Source: Escherichia coli (GTDB lineage Bacteria > Pseudomonadota > Gammaproteobacteria > Enterobacterales > Enterobacteriaceae). Taken from it: 64,000 nt of DNA. The DNA is taken from assembly GCF_009931435.1 (NCBI RefSeq), contig NZ_CP043414.1; one strand, given 5' to 3'. The position numbers and the translations under genes are program-made. Below are positions 32,063 to 47,117 of the stretch, piece by piece (position 1 is the stretch's first letter; every line of letters starts with the position of its first letter). Below the pieces are notes generated by a model. It had not been told where the DNA came from. It worked only from the letters and a program-made list of their open reading frames with translations, and made no database searches.

Positions 32063-33283
32063 ATGAAACGTGCAGTGATTACTGGCCTGGGCATTGTTTC
32101 CAGCATCGGTAATAACCAGCAGGAAGTCCTGGCATCTCTGCGTGAAGGACGTTCAGGGATCACTTTCTCTCAGGAGCTGAAGGATTCCGGCATGCGTAGC
32201 CACGTCTGGGGCAACGTAAAACTGGATACCACTGGCCTCATTGACCGCAAAGTTGTGCGCTTTATGAGCGACGCATCCATTTATGCATTCCTTTCTATGG
32301 AGCAGGCAATTGCAGATGCTGGCCTCTCCCCGGAAGCTTATCAGAATAACCCGCGCGTTGGCCTGATTGCAGGTTCTGGCGGCGGTTCCCCGCGTTTCCA
32401 GGTGTTCGGCGCTGACGCTATGCGTAGCCCGCGCGGCCTGAAAGCGGTTGGCCCGTATGTGGTCACCAAAGCGATGGCATCTGGCGTTTCTGCCTGCCTC
32501 GCCACGCCGTTTAAAATTCACGGCGTTAACTACTCCATCAGCTCCGCGTGTGCGACTTCCGCACACTGTATCGGTAACGCAGTAGAGCAGATCCAACTGG
32601 GCAAACAGGACATCGTGTTTGCTGGCGGCGGCGAAGAGCTGTGCTGGGAAATGGCTTGCGAATTCGACGCGATGGGCGCGCTGTCTACTAAATACAACGA
32701 CACCCCGGAAAAAGCCTCCCGTACTTACGACGCTCACCGCGACGGTTTCGTTATCGCTGGCGGCGGCGGTATGGTGGTGGTTGAAGAGCTGGAACACGCG
32801 CTGGCGCGTGGGGCTCACATCTATGCTGAAATCGTTGGTTACGGCGCAACGTCTGATGGTGCAGACATGGTTGCTCCGTCTGGCGAAGGCGCAGTTCGCT
32901 GCATGCAGATGGCGATGCACGGTGTTGATACGCCAATCGACTACCTGAACTCTCACGGTACTTCAACTCCGGTTGGCGACGTGAAAGAGCTGGCGGCTAT
33001 CCGTGAAGTATTCGGTGATAAGAGCCCGGCGATTTCTGCAACCAAAGCAATGACCGGTCACTCTCTGGGCGCTGCGGGTGTGCAGGAAGCTATCTACTCT
33101 CTGCTGATGCTGGAACACGGCTTTATCGCACCGAGCATCAACATTGAAGAGCTGGACGAGCAGGCTGCGGGTCTGAACATTGTGACCGAAACGACCGATC
33201 GCGAACTGACTACCGTTATGTCTAACAGCTTCGGCTTCGGTGGCACCAACGCCACGCTGGTAATGCGTAAGCTGAAAGATTAA
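32063..33283 (+). CDS. fabB: 3-oxoacyl-[acyl-carrier-protein] synthase I
   Basis: 406 aa, KAS I fold, active-site SSACATS. Confidence 0.96.
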   Translation: MKRAVITGLGIVSSIGNNQQEVLASLREGRSGITFSQELKDSGMRSHVWGNVKLDTTGLIDRKVVRFMSDASIYAFLSMEQAIADAGLSPEAYQNNPRVGLIAGSGGGSPRFQVFGADAMRSPRGLKAVGPYVVTKAMASGVSACLATPFKIHGVNYSISSACATSAHCIGNAVEQIQLGKQDIVFAGGGEELCWEMACEFDAMGALSTKYNDTPEKASRTYDAHRDGFVIAGGGGMVVVEELEHALARGAHIYAEIVGYGATSDGADMVAPSGEGAVRCMQMAMHGVDTPIDYLNSHGTSTPVGDVKELAAIREVFGDKSPAISATKAMTGHSLGAAGVQEAIYSLLMLEHGFIAPSINIEELDEQAAGLNIVTETTDRELTTVMSNSFGFGGTNATLVMRKLKD

Positions 33284-33290
33284 TTCGGAG

Positions 33291-33324
33291 TAGGTCGGAT
33301 AAGACGCGTCAGCGTCGCATCCGA
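33291..33324. repeat. Single REP element
   Basis: GTAGGTCGGATAAGACGCGTCAGCGTCGCATCCGAC. Confidence 0.8.
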
Positions 33325-33336
33325 CGATACGCGCTA

Positions 33337-33366
33337 AAGAAAAAGGGAACCCGATGGTTCCCTTTT
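33337..33366 (+). terminator. Rho-independent terminator after fabB
   Basis: AAAAA-GGGAACC-cgat-GGTTCCC-TTTTT. Confidence 0.7.
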
Positions 33367-33528
33367 TCACATCATTGACAATCGCCGCCTGTTCCAGGCA
33401 AACTTCCCGCTTTGTCGATTTCCTTCTGAAAAGACGTACGCGTTAAATCCTGCCAACGCGTACCGTAACCCTGAAACCAGAGAGATGAGACGGGGAAATT
33501 CCTCGCCTTGCGCTGCATTCTGGAGTAA

Positions 33529-35702
<2,174 letters not shown>

Positions 35703-35800
35703 TACGTATCCTTATACCTGAAATCATCGCAAGTATGCCTGGCCGCGAGATTATGGCACACTTGTCCGGTTAACTCTCGTCTCATACAGGTAACACAAAC

Positions 35801-36937
35801 GTGAAAATCCTTGTTGATGAAAATATGCCTTATGCCCGCGACTTATTTAGCCGTTTGGGTGAGGTGACTGCGGTTCCGGGGCGTCCAATCCCAGTAGCTC
35901 AACTGGCAGATGCGGATGCGCTGATGGTGCGTTCGGTCACGAAAGTGAATGAATCTTTGCTGGCAGGAAAACCCATTAAATTTGTTGGCACAGCCACAGC
36001 GGGAACCGACCATGTCGATGAAGCATGGTTAAAGCAGGCGGGAATTGGTTTTTCCGCAGCACCTGGCTGTAATGCGATTGCGGTGGTGGAATATGTTTTC
36101 TCCTCACTGCTGATGCTTGCTGAACGCGATGGATTTTCACTGCATGAGCGTACCGTGGGGATCGTGGGCGTTGGTAACGTTGGTCGGCGTTTACAGGCGC
36201 GACTGGAAGCGCTGGGGATCAAAACCTTGCTTTGCGATCCGCCGCGTGCCGATCGTGGGGATGAGGGCGATTTCCGTTCGTTGGATGAATTAGTCCAGCA
36301 TGCGGATATCCTGACATTCCATACGCCACTCTTTAAAGACGGACCTTACAAAACGCTGCATCTGGCGGACGAAAAACTGATTCGTAACCTGAAGCCGGGA
36401 GCGATCTTGATTAACGCCTGCCGTGGCGCAGTCGTTGATAATACTGCCCTGTTGACCTGTCTGAATGAAGGTCAGAAGTTAAGCGTAGTGCTGGATGTCT
36501 GGGAAGGCGAACCGGAACTCAACGTAGAATTGCTGAAAAAAGTGGATATCGGCACGCCGCATATTGCGGGCTACACCCTCGAAGGTAAAGCCCGTGGCAC
36601 TACGCAAGTATTTGAAGCGTATAGCAAGTTTATTGGGCATGAGCAACACGTTGCGCTTGATACGTTGCTACCCGCGCCAGAGTTTGGCCGTATTACACTG
36701 CATGGTCCGCTCGATCAACCGACGCTGAAAAGGCTGGTGCATTTGGTGTATGATGTGCGCCGCGATGACGCACCGCTGCGTAAAGTCGCCGGGATACCGG
36801 GTGAGTTCGATAAACTGCGCAAAAACTATCTTGAGCGCCGTGAATGGTCATCTCTGTATGTGATTTGTGATGACGCCAGTGCGGCATCATTGCTGTGTAA
36901 ACTGGGTTTTAACGCCGTTCATCATCCGGCACGTTAA
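35801..36937 (+). CDS. pdxB: Erythronate-4-phosphate dehydrogenase
   Basis: 378 aa, GTG start, D-2-hydroxyacid dehydrogenase NAD motif GIVGVGNVG. Confidence 0.95.
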   Translation: MKILVDENMPYARDLFSRLGEVTAVPGRPIPVAQLADADALMVRSVTKVNESLLAGKPIKFVGTATAGTDHVDEAWLKQAGIGFSAAPGCNAIAVVEYVFSSLLMLAERDGFSLHERTVGIVGVGNVGRRLQARLEALGIKTLLCDPPRADRGDEGDFRSLDELVQHADILTFHTPLFKDGPYKTLHLADEKLIRNLKPGAILINACRGAVVDNTALLTCLNEGQKLSVVLDVWEGEPELNVELLKKVDIGTPHIAGYTLEGKARGTTQVFEAYSKFIGHEQHVALDTLLPAPEFGRITLHGPLDQPTLKRLVHLVYDVRRDDAPLRKVAGIPGEFDKLRKNYLERREWSSLYVICDDASAASLLCKLGFNAVHHPAR

Positions 36938-37002
36938 TCTCTTCTTCATGCTCTCTGCTGTAATATTGGCAGGGAGCTTTGCTATTTCTGGAGTAAACCA
37001 CC

Positions 37003-38016
37003 ATGTCTGAAGGCTGGAACATTGCCGTCCTGGGCGCAACTGGCGCTGTGGGCGAAGCCCTGCTTGAAACGCTGGCTGAACGTCAGTTCCCGGTTGGGGA
37101 AATTTATGCACTGGCACGTAACGAAAGCGCAGGCGAACAACTGCGCTTTGGTGGTAAGACAATCACCGTGCAGGATGCCGCTGAATTCGACTGGACGCAG
37201 GCACAGCTGGCGTTTTTTGTCGCAGGCAAAGAAGCTACCGCTGCCTGGGTTGAAGAAGCGACCAACTCAGGTTGCCTGGTGATCGACAGCAGCGGATTGT
37301 TTGCTCTCGAACCTGACGTACCGCTGGTGGTGCCGGAAGTTAACCCGTTTGTACTGACCGATTACCGCAACCGAAATGTCATCGCCGTACCGGACAGCCT
37401 GACCAGCCAGCTGTTGGCAGCACTGAAACCGTTAATCGATCAGGGCGGTTTGTCACGTATCAGCGTCACCAGCCTGATTTCTGCCTCCGCCCAGGGTAAA
37501 AAAGCGGTCGATGCGTTAGCGGGGCAGAGTGCTAAATTGCTCAACGGCATTCCGATTGACGAAGAAGATTTCTTCGGGCGTCAACTGGCGTTCAACATGC
37601 TGCCGTTACTGCCGGATAGCGAAGGTAGCGTGCGTGAAGAACGTCGTATCGTTGACGAAGTACGCAAAATCCTGCAAGACGAAGGGCTGATGATTTCGGC
37701 AAGTGTTGTTCAGGCACCGGTATTTTACGGTCATGCCCAGATGGTCAACTTTGAAGCTCTGCGTCCGCTGGCGGCAGAAGAAGCGCGTGATGCGTTTGCC
37801 CAGGGCGAAGATATTGTGCTCTCTGAAGAGAACGAATTCCCGACGCAGGTGGGGGATGCTTCTGGTACGCCGCATCTTTCCGTTGGCTGCGTACGCAATG
37901 ACTACGGTATGCCGGAGCAAGTCCAGTTCTGGTCAGTGGCCGATAACGTTCGCTTTGGCGGCGCGCTGATGGCAGTAAAAATCGCCGAGAAACTGGTGCA
38001 GGAGTATCTGTACTAA
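37003..38016 (+). CDS. usg: USG-1 protein (aspartate-semialdehyde dehydrogenase homologue)
   Basis: 337 aa, N-terminal VLGATGAVG Rossmann motif. Confidence 0.93.
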   Translation: MSEGWNIAVLGATGAVGEALLETLAERQFPVGEIYALARNESAGEQLRFGGKTITVQDAAEFDWTQAQLAFFVAGKEATAAWVEEATNSGCLVIDSSGLFALEPDVPLVVPEVNPFVLTDYRNRNVIAVPDSLTSQLLAALKPLIDQGGLSRISVTSLISASAQGKKAVDALAGQSAKLLNGIPIDEEDFFGRQLAFNMLPLLPDSEGSVREERRIVDEVRKILQDEGLMISASVVQAPVFYGHAQMVNFEALRPLAAEEARDAFAQGEDIVLSEENEFPTQVGDASGTPHLSVGCVRNDYGMPEQVQFWSVADNVRFGGALMAVKIAEKLVQEYLY

Positions 38017-38828
38017 TGTCCGACCAGCAACAACCGCCAGTTTACAAAATTGCGCTGGGCATTGAGTACGACGGTAGTAAGTATTACGGCTGGCAACGGC
38101 AGAACGAAGTACGCAGTGTGCAGGAGAAGCTGGAAAAGGCGCTCTCCCAGGTGGCGAACGAACCGATCACCGTCTTCTGCGCCGGGCGTACTGACGCAGG
38201 TGTACACGGCACCGGGCAGGTTGTGCATTTCGAAACGACCGCGCAGCGCAAAGACGCTGCGTGGACGTTGGGCGTAAATGCGAATTTACCTGGTGACATC
38301 GCCGTGCGTTGGGTTAAAGCTGTACCTGATGATTTTCATGCTCGATTTAGCGCCACGGCTCGCCGTTATCGCTACATCATCTACAATCATCGGCTGCGTC
38401 CGGCAGTGCTGAGTAAAGGGGTAACCCATTTTTACGAACCGCTGGACGCTGAACGGATGCATCGGGCCGCGCAATGCCTGCTGGGCGAGAATGATTTCAC
38501 CTCGTTCCGTGCGGTGCAGTGCCAGTCCCGAACCCCGTGGCGCAATGTTATGCATATTAACGTCACGCGTCACGGTCCTTATGTGGTGGTAGATATCAAA
38601 GCAAATGCCTTTGTACATCATATGGTGAGGAATATTGTCGGCAGCCTGATGGAAGTCGGTGCCAACAACCAGCCGGAGAGCTGGATAGCAGAACTGCTGG
38701 CAGCAAAGGACAGAACGCTGGCGGCAGCAACGGCAAAAGCGGAAGGGCTGTATCTGGTCGCGGTGGATTACCCTGACCGGTTTGATCTTCCAAAACCGCC
38801 AATGGGCCCGCTATTTCTGGCGGACTAA
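38016..38828 (+). CDS. truA: tRNA pseudouridine(38-40) synthase
   Basis: 270 aa; conserved GWQRQ and catalytic AGRTDAGVH motifs. Confidence 0.96.
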   Translation: MSDQQQPPVYKIALGIEYDGSKYYGWQRQNEVRSVQEKLEKALSQVANEPITVFCAGRTDAGVHGTGQVVHFETTAQRKDAAWTLGVNANLPGDIAVRWVKAVPDDFHARFSATARRYRYIIYNHRLRPAVLSKGVTHFYEPLDAERMHRAAQCLLGENDFTSFRAVQCQSRTPWRNVMHINVTRHGPYVVVDIKANAFVHHMVRNIVGSLMEVGANNQPESWIAELLAAKDRTLAAATAKAEGLYLVAVDYPDRFDLPKPPMGPLFLAD

Positions 38829-38910
38829 CGAGAATAAAGCTCGGAAAATTTCAGGCTGTAGCCAACGTAGTTACGGCCTGAAAGATGACGAGTACAAGGC
38901 ATAGGCTAAT

Positions 38911-39570
38911 ATGGACCTGATTTATTTCCTCATCGATTTTATCCTGCACATTGACGTGCATCTGGCAGAACTGGTCGCAGAGTATGGCGTCTGGGTTTAT
39001 GCCATCCTGTTTTTGATTTTGTTCTGTGAAACCGGTCTGGTGGTAACGCCGTTCTTACCGGGAGATTCGCTGCTGTTTGTTGCAGGGGCACTGGCCTCGC
39101 TTGAAACCAACGATCTCAATGTTCATATGATGGTGGTACTGATGTTAATTGCCGCGATTGTTGGTGATGCGGTCAACTACACCATAGGACGGTTGTTCGG
39201 TGAGAAATTATTCAGTAATCCGAACTCGAAAATTTTTCGTCGTAGCTATCTCGACAAAACTCATCAGTTTTATGAAAAACACGGCGGCAAAACCATTATT
39301 CTCGCCCGTTTTGTGCCGATCGTCAGAACGTTTGCCCCCTTTGTTGCAGGGATGGGCCACATGTCGTACCGTCATTTCGCTGCCTATAACGTGATCGGCG
39401 CACTGTTGTGGGTACTGCTTTTTACCTACGCAGGCTATTTCTTCGGTACAATTCCGATGGTTCAGGATAACCTTAAGCTGCTGATCGTCGGGATTATTGT
39501 GGTTTCCATTTTGCCGGGCGTCATCGAAATTATCCGTCACAAACGCGCTGCGGCACGCGCCGCAAAATAA
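38911..39570 (+). CDS. dedA: DedA-family inner membrane protein
   Basis: 219-aa membrane ORF. Confidence 0.93.
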   Translation: MDLIYFLIDFILHIDVHLAELVAEYGVWVYAILFLILFCETGLVVTPFLPGDSLLFVAGALASLETNDLNVHMMVVLMLIAAIVGDAVNYTIGRLFGEKLFSNPNSKIFRRSYLDKTHQFYEKHGGKTIILARFVPIVRTFAPFVAGMGHMSYRHFAAYNVIGALLWVLLFTYAGYFFGTIPMVQDNLKLLIVGIIVVSILPGVIEIIRHKRAAARAAK

Positions 39571-39725
39571 AAAGTAACTCCGCGGTTCGACCACTTTTTT
39601 ATCCAAAGTTTCGGGCTGTTATGTTTTAATGTGCAACATTCATGGTCTGTTGGGGGCAAAAATGGCATTATGCGTCCCCAAAGATAAAACTGGCATCGAA
39701 CCAGGTTCAGACAGAAAGGTCCCTA

Positions 39726-40640
39726 ATGAGCTGGATTGAACGAATTAAAAGCAACATTACTCCCACCCGCAAGGCGAGCATTCCTGAAGGGGTGTGGACT
39801 AAGTGTGATAGCTGCGGTCAGGTTTTATACCGCGCTGAGCTGGAACGTAATCTTGAGGTCTGTCCGAAGTGTGACCATCACATGCGTATGACAGCGCGTA
39901 ATCGCCTGCATAGCCTGTTAGATGAAGGAAGCCTTGTGGAGCTGGGTAGCGAGCTTGAGCCGAAAGATGTGCTGAAGTTTCGTGACTCCAAGAAATATAA
40001 AGACCGTCTGGCATCTGCGCAGAAAGAAACCGGCGAAAAAGATGCGCTGGTGGTGATGAAAGGCACCCTGTATGGAATGCCGGTTGTCGCTGCGGCATTC
40101 GAGTTCGCCTTTATGGGCGGTTCCATGGGGTCTGTGGTAGGTGCACGTTTCGTACGTGCCGTTGAGCAGGCGCTGGAAGATAACTGCCCGCTGATCTGCT
40201 TCTCCGCCTCTGGTGGCGCACGTATGCAGGAAGCACTGATGTCGCTGATGCAGATGGCGAAAACCTCTGCGGCACTGGCAAAAATGCAGGAGCGCGGCTT
40301 GCCGTACATCTCCGTGCTGACCGACCCGACCATGGGCGGTGTTTCTGCAAGTTTCGCCATGCTGGGCGATCTCAATATTGCTGAACCGAAAGCGTTAATC
40401 GGCTTTGCCGGTCCGCGTGTTATCGAACAGACCGTTCGCGAAAAACTGCCGCCAGGATTCCAGCGCAGTGAATTCCTGATCGAGAAAGGCGCCATCGACA
40501 TGATCGTCCGTCGTCCGGAAATGCGCCTGAAACTGGCGAGCATTCTGGCGAAGTTGATGAATTTGCCAGCGCCGAATCCTGAAGCGCCGCGTGAAGGCGT
40601 AGTGGTGCCACCGGTACCGGATCAGGAACCTGAGGCCTGA
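39726..40640 (+). CDS. accD: Acetyl-CoA carboxylase carboxyltransferase beta subunit
   Basis: 304 aa from [10 protein letters not shown]; Zn-finger CDSCGQ...CPKCDH; ORF track extends 28 codons upstream. Confidence 0.96.
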
Positions 40641-40650
40641 TAACTGATAA

Positions 40651-40677
40651 GGGCAGGGCCACTGGCTCTGCCCTTTT
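40651..40677 (+). terminator. Stem-loop after accD
   Basis: GGGCAG-ggccactggct-CTGCCC-TTTT. Confidence 0.5.
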
Positions 40678-40709
40678 GCTATTCTCACCGTAACGAATCA
40701 GCGGATACC

Positions 40710-41978
40710 ATGATTATCAAACGCACTCCTCAAGCCGCGTCGCCTCTGGCTTCGTGGCTTTCTTATCTGGAAAACCTGCACAGTAAAACTATCGATCTTG
40801 GCCTTGAGCGCGTAAGCCAGGTCGCGGCACGTCTTGGCGTTCTGAAACCAGCGCCATTTGTATTTACCGTTGCGGGTACGAATGGCAAAGGCACCACCTG
40901 CCGTACGCTGGAGTCGATTCTGATGGCGGCAGGGTACAGAGTGGGCGTCTACAGTTCGCCGCATCTGGTGCGTTATACCGAGCGCGTACGTGTGCAGGGC
41001 CAGGAATTGCCGGAATCGGCCCACACAGCCTCTTTTGCGGAGATTGAATCGGCACGCGGTGATATTTCCCTGACCTATTTCGAGTACGGTACGTTGTCGG
41101 CGTTGTGGCTGTTCAAACAGGCACAACTTGACGTGGTGATTCTGGAAGTAGGGCTGGGCGGACGTCTGGATGCAACCAATATTGTCGATGCTGATGTTGC
41201 GGTGGTGACCAGCATTGCGCTGGATCATACCGACTGGTTGGGGCCAGATCGCGAAAGCATTGGTCGTGAGAAAGCAGGGATTTTCCGCAATGAAAAACCG
41301 GCAATTGTCGGAGAGCCTGAAATGCCTTCTACCATTGCTGATGTGGCGCAGGAAAAAGGCGCACTGCTACAACGTCGGGGCGTTGAGTGGAACTATTCCG
41401 TCAGTGACAATGACTGGACGTTCAGCGATGCTTACGGCACGCTGGAAAATCTGCCGTTGCCGCTTGTCCCGCAACCGAATGCCGCAACGGCACTGGCGGC
41501 ACTGCGTGCCAGCGGGCTGGAGGTCAGTGAAAATGCCATTCGCGACGGGATTGCCAGCGCAATTTTGCCGGGACGTTTCCAGATTGTGAGCGAGTCGCCA
41601 CGCGTTATTTTTGATGTCGCGCATAATCCACATGCGGCGGAATATCTCACCGGGCGTATGAAAGCGCTACCGAAAAACGGGCGCGTGCTGGCGGTTATCG
41701 GTATGCTACATGATAAAGATATTGCCGGAACTCTGGCCTGGTTGAAAAGCGTGGTTGATGACTGGTATTGTGCGCCACTGGAAGGGCCGCGCGGTGCCAC
41801 GGCAGAACAACTGCTTGAGCATTTGGGTAACGGCAAATCATTTGATAGCGTGGCGCAGGCATGGGATGCCGCAATGGCGGACGCTAAAGCGGAAGATACC
41901 GTGCTGGTGTGTGGTTCGTTCCACACGGTCGCACATGTCATGGAAGTGATTGACGCGAGGAGAAGCGGTGGCAAGTAA
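40710..41978 (+). CDS. folC: Dihydrofolate synthase / folylpolyglutamate synthase
   Basis: 422 aa, P-loop VAGTNGKGTT. Confidence 0.96.
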   Translation: MIIKRTPQAASPLASWLSYLENLHSKTIDLGLERVSQVAARLGVLKPAPFVFTVAGTNGKGTTCRTLESILMAAGYRVGVYSSPHLVRYTERVRVQGQELPESAHTASFAEIESARGDISLTYFEYGTLSALWLFKQAQLDVVILEVGLGGRLDATNIVDADVAVVTSIALDHTDWLGPDRESIGREKAGIFRNEKPAIVGEPEMPSTIADVAQEKGALLQRRGVEWNYSVSDNDWTFSDAYGTLENLPLPLVPQPNAATALAALRASGLEVSENAIRDGIASAILPGRFQIVSESPRVIFDVAHNPHAAEYLTGRMKALPKNGRVLAVIGMLHDKDIAGTLAWLKSVVDDWYCAPLEGPRGATAEQLLEHLGNGKSFDSVAQAWDAAMADAKAEDTVLVCGSFHTVAHVMEVIDARRSGGK

Positions 41979-42630
41979 GTTTCAGAATCGGTTAGTGGGT
42001 ACGATCGTGCTGGTGGCGCTGGGGGTGATTGTACTTCCAGGGTTGCTGGACGGGCAGAAAAAGCATTATCAGGATGAGTTCGCGGCAATCCCTCTGGTGC
42101 CGAAAGCGGGCGATCGCGATGAGCCTGATATGATGCCAGCCGCCACCCAGGCGTTGCCGACACAGCCGCCGGAAGGCGCAGCGGAAGAGGTGCGGGCAGG
42201 TGATGCTGCCGCGCCGTCGCTCGATCCGGCCACTATTGCAGCTAATAACACCGAGTTTGAACCGGAACCTGCACCGGTCGCCCCACCGAAGCCGAAACCG
42301 GTGGAACCGCCTAAACCGAAGGTTGAAGCACCACCTGCGCCGAAGCCAGAACCGAAGCCGGTCGTGGAAGAAAAAGCAGCGCCAACGGGTAAAGCTTATG
42401 TTGTGCAACTGGGCGCGCTGAAAAATGCCGATAAAGTGAATGAGATTGTCGGTAAGCTGCGCGGTGCCGGCTATCGGGTTTATACGTCGCCATCCACGCC
42501 GGTGCAGGGTAAAATTACCCGTATTCTGGTTGGGCCAGATGCCTCGAAAGATAAGCTGAAAGGTTCGCTGGGTGAACTCAAGCAGCTTTCTGGCTTAAGT
42601 GGCGTGGTGATGGGCTATACACCGAATTAG
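41968..42630 (+). CDS. dedD: Cell division protein DedD (SPOR domain)
   Basis: 220 aa from GTG (VASKFQNRL), N-terminal TM, Pro/Ala/Lys-rich linker, C-terminal SPOR-like region. Confidence 0.9.
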   Translation: MASKFQNRLVGTIVLVALGVIVLPGLLDGQKKHYQDEFAAIPLVPKAGDRDEPDMMPAATQALPTQPPEGAAEEVRAGDAAAPSLDPATIAANNTEFEPEPAPVAPPKPKPVEPPKPKVEAPPAPKPEPKPVVEEKAAPTGKAYVVQLGALKNADKVNEIVGKLRGAGYRVYTSPSTPVQGKITRILVGPDASKDKLKGSLGELKQLSGLSGVVMGYTPN

Positions 42631-42637
42631 TACGGTT

Positions 42638-42983
<346 letters not shown>

Positions 42984-43146
42984 GCATTGCCCGATGCTGC
43001 AAAGGCATAAAAAGTCGATGGCGTTGAATATTTTTTCAGCGCCATTTTTATTGATGCGTGGGAAGGAAATCCCTACGCAAACGTTTTCTTTTTCTGTTAG
43101 AATGCGCCCCGAACAGGATGACAGGGCGTAAAATCGTGGGACACAT

Positions 43147-43635
43147 ATGGTCTGGATTGATTACGCCATAATCGCGGTGATTGCTTTTTCCTCTCTGGTT
43201 AGCCTGATCCGCGGCTTTGTTCGTGAAACGTTATCGCTGGTGACATGGGGTTGTGCTTTCTTTGTCGCCAGTCATTACTACACTTACCTGTCAGTCTGGT
43301 TTACGGGCTTTGAAGACGAACTGGTTCGAAATGGGATTGCCATCGCGGTACTGTTTATCGCGACACTGATCGTTGGCGCTATCGTGAACTTCGTGATAGG
43401 TCAGTTGGTTGAGAAAACCCACCTGACGGGCACCGACCGGGTGCTGGGCGTCTGTTTCGGTGCGTTGCGCGGTGTGTTGATTGTTGCTGCCATTCTCTTC
43501 TTTCTCGACTCTTTTACCGGAGTGTCGAAAAGCGAAGACTGGAGCAAATCACAGCTGATCCCGCAGTTCAGTTTTATCATCAGATGGTTTTTTGATTATC
43601 TGCAAAGCTCGTCAAGTTTCTTGCCCAGAGCGTAA
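43147..43635 (+). CDS. cvpA: Colicin V production membrane protein
   Basis: 162-aa membrane ORF preceding purF. Confidence 0.93.
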   Translation: MVWIDYAIIAVIAFSSLVSLIRGFVRETLSLVTWGCAFFVASHYYTYLSVWFTGFEDELVRNGIAIAVLFIATLIVGAIVNFVIGQLVEKTHLTGTDRVLGVCFGALRGVLIVAAILFFLDSFTGVSKSEDWSKSQLIPQFSFIIRWFFDYLQSSSSFLPRA

Positions 43636-43671
43636 GTGCTCTGAGATGTGGCTTAACGAGGAAAAAGACGT

Positions 43672-45189
43672 ATGTGCGGTATTGTCGGTATCGCCGGTGT
43701 TATGCCGGTTAACCAGTCGATTTATGATGCCTTAACGGTGCTTCAGCATCGCGGTCAGGATGCCGCCGGCATCATCACCATTGATGCCAATAACTGCTTC
43801 CGTTTGCGTAAAGCGAACGGGCTGGTGAGCGATGTCTTCGAAGCTCGCCATATGCAGCGTTTGCAGGGCAATATGGGCATTGGTCATGTGCGTTACCCCA
43901 CGGCTGGTAGCTCCAGCGCCTCTGAAGCGCAGCCGTTTTACGTTAACTCCCCGTATGGCATCACGCTTGCCCACAACGGCAATCTGACCAACGCTCACGA
44001 GTTGCGTAAAAAACTGTTTGAAGAAAAACGCCGCCACATCAACACCACTTCCGACTCGGAAATTCTGCTTAATATCTTCGCCAGCGAGCTGGACAACTTC
44101 CGCCACTACCCGCTGGAAGCCGACAACATCTTCGCCGCCATTGCTGCTACAAACCGCTTAATCCGCGGCGCGTATGCCTGTGTGGCGATGATTATCGGCC
44201 ACGGTATGGTGGCTTTCCGCGATCCTAACGGTATTCGTCCGCTGGTACTGGGGAAACGTGATATCGACGACAATCGCACAGAATATATGGTCGCTTCCGA
44301 AAGCGTTGCGCTCGATACCCTGGGCTTTGAGTTCCTGCGTGATGTCGCCCCAGGCGAGGCGATTTACATCACTGAAGAAGGGCAGCTGTTTACCCGTCAG
44401 TGCGCTGACAACCCGGTCAGCAATCCGTGCCTGTTCGAGTATGTTTACTTTGCCCGACCAGACTCGTTCATCGACAAAATTTCCGTTTACAGCGCGCGTG
44501 TGAATATGGGCACCAAGCTGGGCGAGAAAATTGCTCGTGAATGGGAAGATCTGGATATCGACGTGGTGATCCCAATTCCGGAAACCTCTTGTGATATCGC
44601 GCTGGAAATCGCCCGTATTCTGGGCAAACCGTACCGCCAGGGCTTTGTGAAAAACCGCTATGTTGGCCGCACGTTTATCATGCCGGGCCAGCAGCTGCGT
44701 CGTAAGTCCGTGCGCCGTAAACTGAACGCCAACCGCGCTGAATTCCGCGATAAAAACGTCCTGCTGGTCGATGACTCCATCGTGCGTGGTACTACTTCTG
44801 AGCAGATTATCGAGATGGCGCGTGAAGCCGGAGCGAAGAAAGTTTACCTCGCTTCTGCGGCACCGGAAATTCGCTTCCCGAACGTTTACGGGATTGATAT
44901 GCCAAGCGCCACGGAGCTTATCGCCCACGGTCGTGAAGTGGATGAAATTCGCCAGATCATCGGTGCTGATGGTTTGATTTTCCAGGATCTGAATGATCTG
45001 ATCGAAGCCGTCCGTGCGGAAAACCCGGATATCCAGCAGTTTGAATGCTCGGTGTTCAACGGCGTTTACGTCACCAAAGATGTTGATCAGGGCTACCTCG
45101 ATTTCCTTGATACTTTACGTAATGACGACGCTAAAGCCGTGCAACGTCAGAACGAAGTGGAAAATCTCGAAATGCATAACGAAGGATGA
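43672..45189 (+). CDS. purF: Amidophosphoribosyltransferase
   Basis: 505 aa; N-terminal nucleophile MCGIVGI. Confidence 0.97.
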   Translation: MCGIVGIAGVMPVNQSIYDALTVLQHRGQDAAGIITIDANNCFRLRKANGLVSDVFEARHMQRLQGNMGIGHVRYPTAGSSSASEAQPFYVNSPYGITLAHNGNLTNAHELRKKLFEEKRRHINTTSDSEILLNIFASELDNFRHYPLEADNIFAAIAATNRLIRGAYACVAMIIGHGMVAFRDPNGIRPLVLGKRDIDDNRTEYMVASESVALDTLGFEFLRDVAPGEAIYITEEGQLFTRQCADNPVSNPCLFEYVYFARPDSFIDKISVYSARVNMGTKLGEKIAREWEDLDIDVVIPIPETSCDIALEIARILGKPYRQGFVKNRYVGRTFIMPGQQLRRKSVRRKLNANRAEFRDKNVLLVDDSIVRGTTSEQIIEMAREAGAKKVYLASAAPEIRFPNVYGIDMPSATELIAHGREVDEIRQIIGADGLIFQDLNDLIEAVRAENPDIQQFECSVFNGVYVTKDVDQGYLDFLDTLRNDDAKAVQRQNEVENLEMHNEG

Positions 45190-45283
45190 TGACTTCGCTC
45201 AGGGTGCCGGTCTGGCACCCTGACTTGCAACTCCCGCCGAAATCCTGCAAAGTCTGGCTGCAAGTCTGACAGGGCAACTATTT

Positions 45284-45853
45284 ATGAAACGACTTATTGT
45301 GGGCATCAGCGGTGCCAGCGGCGCGATTTATGGCGTGCGTTTATTACAGGTTCTGCGTGATGTCGCAGATGTTGAAACGCATCTGGTAATGAGCCAGGCC
45401 GCGCGCCAGACCTTATCCCTTGAAACGGATTTCTCCCTGCGTGATGTGCAGGCATTAGCCGATGTCACGCACGATGCGCGCGATATTGCCGCCAGCATCT
45501 CTTCCGGTTCTTTCCAGACGTTGGGGATGGTGATTTTACCCTGTTCAATCAAAACCCTGTCCGGCATTGTGCATAGCTATACGGATGGCTTACTGACCCG
45601 TGCGGCAGATGTGGTGCTGAAAGAGCGTCGCCCGCTGGTGCTCTGCGTGCGTGAAACACCGTTGCACTTAGGCCACCTGCGTTTAATGACTCAGGCGGCA
45701 GAAATCGGTGCGGTAATTATGCCTCCCGTTCCGGCATTTTATCATCGCCCACAATCCCTTGATGATGTGATAAATCAGACGGTTAACCGTGTTCTTGACC
45801 AGTTTGCGATAAATCTACCCGAAGATCTCTTTGCCCGCTGGCAGGGCGCATAA
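45284..45853 (+). CDS. ubiX: Flavin prenyltransferase UbiX
   Basis: 189 aa flavoprotein fold (GISGASGAIYG). Confidence 0.95.
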   Translation: MKRLIVGISGASGAIYGVRLLQVLRDVADVETHLVMSQAARQTLSLETDFSLRDVQALADVTHDARDIAASISSGSFQTLGMVILPCSIKTLSGIVHSYTDGLLTRAADVVLKERRPLVLCVRETPLHLGHLRLMTQAAEIGAVIMPPVPAFYHRPQSLDDVINQTVNRVLDQFAINLPEDLFARWQGA

Positions 45854-45861
45854 CTCCGCTG

Positions 45862-45884
45862 TTGCCCTGTTTCAGGGCAATTTT
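45862..45884 (+). terminator. Rho-independent terminator after ubiX
   Basis: TTGCCCTG-ttt-CAGGGCAA-TTTT. Confidence 0.65.
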
Positions 45885-46034
45885 GCAACCGCGATCAAAT
45901 CCTCAACATTTTGTTCCTGCCATTCAATCTAAACGCTGCGATCCAACCGCCATACCTGCTATCTTCAACTTCAGGACAATAATGCAACGTCTTATTAACA
46001 TATTTAACGTTGAATGTTACTGTTGTCGTCAAGA

Positions 46035-46050
46035 TGGCATAAGACCTGCA
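46035..46050 (+). promoter_or_regulatory. Putative sigma-54 (-24/-12) promoter for argT
   Basis: TGGCAT-N5-CTGCA about 70 bp upstream of the argT start. Confidence 0.45.
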
Positions 46051-46117
46051 TGAACGAGCCTGCAAACACACAACACAATACACAATATAAAAAAGCCATT
46101 TCACTTGAGGGTTATGT

Positions 46118-46900
46118 ATGAAGAAGTCGATTCTCGCTCTGTCTTTGTTAGTCGGGATTTCCGCAGCAGCTTCCAGCTACGCGGCACTGCCGGAGACGGT
46201 ACGTATCGGAACGGATACCACCTATGCACCGTTCTCATCGAAAGATGCCAAAGGTGACTTTGTTGGCTTTGATATCGATCTCGGTAACGAGATGTGCAAA
46301 CGGATGCAGGTGAAATGTACCTGGGTTGCCAGTGACTTTGACGCGCTGATCCCCTCACTGAAAGCGAAAAAGATCGACGCCATTATTTCGTCGCTCTCCA
46401 TTACGGATAAACGTCAGCAGGAGATTGCCTTCTCCGACAAACTGTACGCCGCAGACTCTCGTCTGATTGCTGCCAAAGGTTCACCGATTCAGCCAACGCT
46501 GGATTCACTGAAAGGTAAACATGTTGGTGTGCTGCAGGGATCAACCCAGGAAGCGTATGCCAATGATAACTGGCGCAGTAAGGGTGTCGATGTGGTGGCC
46601 TATGCTAACCAGGATTTGGTCTATTCCGATCTGGCTGCAGGACGCCTGGATGCCGCTCTGCAAGATGAGGTTGCTGCCAGCGAAGGTTTCCTCAAGCAAC
46701 CTGCCGGTAAAGATTTCGCTTTTGCAGGCCCTTCAGTGAAAGACAAAAAATACTTCGGTGACGGCACCGGTGTCGGGCTACGTAAAGATGATGCTGAACT
46801 GACGGCTGCGTTTAATAAGGCGCTTGGCGAGCTGCGTCAGGACGGCACCTACGACAAGATGGCGAAAAAGTATTTCGACTTTAATGTCTACGGTGACTGA
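46118..46900 (+). CDS. argT: Lysine/arginine/ornithine-binding periplasmic protein
   Basis: 260 aa with signal peptide; paralogous to the adjacent hisJ. Confidence 0.95.
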   Translation: MKKSILALSLLVGISAAASSYAALPETVRIGTDTTYAPFSSKDAKGDFVGFDIDLGNEMCKRMQVKCTWVASDFDALIPSLKAKKIDAIISSLSITDKRQQEIAFSDKLYAADSRLIAAKGSPIQPTLDSLKGKHVGVLQGSTQEAYANDNWRSKGVDVVAYANQDLVYSDLAAGRLDAALQDEVAASEGFLKQPAGKDFAFAGPSVKDKKYFGDGTGVGLRKDDAELTAAFNKALGELRQDGTYDKMAKKYFDFNVYGD

Positions 46901-47117
46901 TACGTCGCAGGGAAGCTGTACCTGATGGAATGATCATGGTGCACGCCAGGTTTGTTGCACTATCGTGGTGCATTAAAATGCATACTTAAGCATTTTTAAT
47001 GAAAAATAATACGTCTAACGGGGCGGGATATTTTGCCTTGATGGTCAATTTTATGGCACGATAAGTGTAACAAACCTGTAAATATTCCCTATAAAAAGAC
47101 TGTCAGTTGAGGACATT

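Noticed and set aside
32153-32956. 267-aa minus-strand ORF
   Set aside because: Antisense to fabB, whose KAS I sequence is unambiguous.
41432-42163. 243-aa minus-strand ORF
   Set aside because: Antisense to the folC/dedD junction; Pro/Ser/Ala-rich artefact of the GC-rich sense genes.
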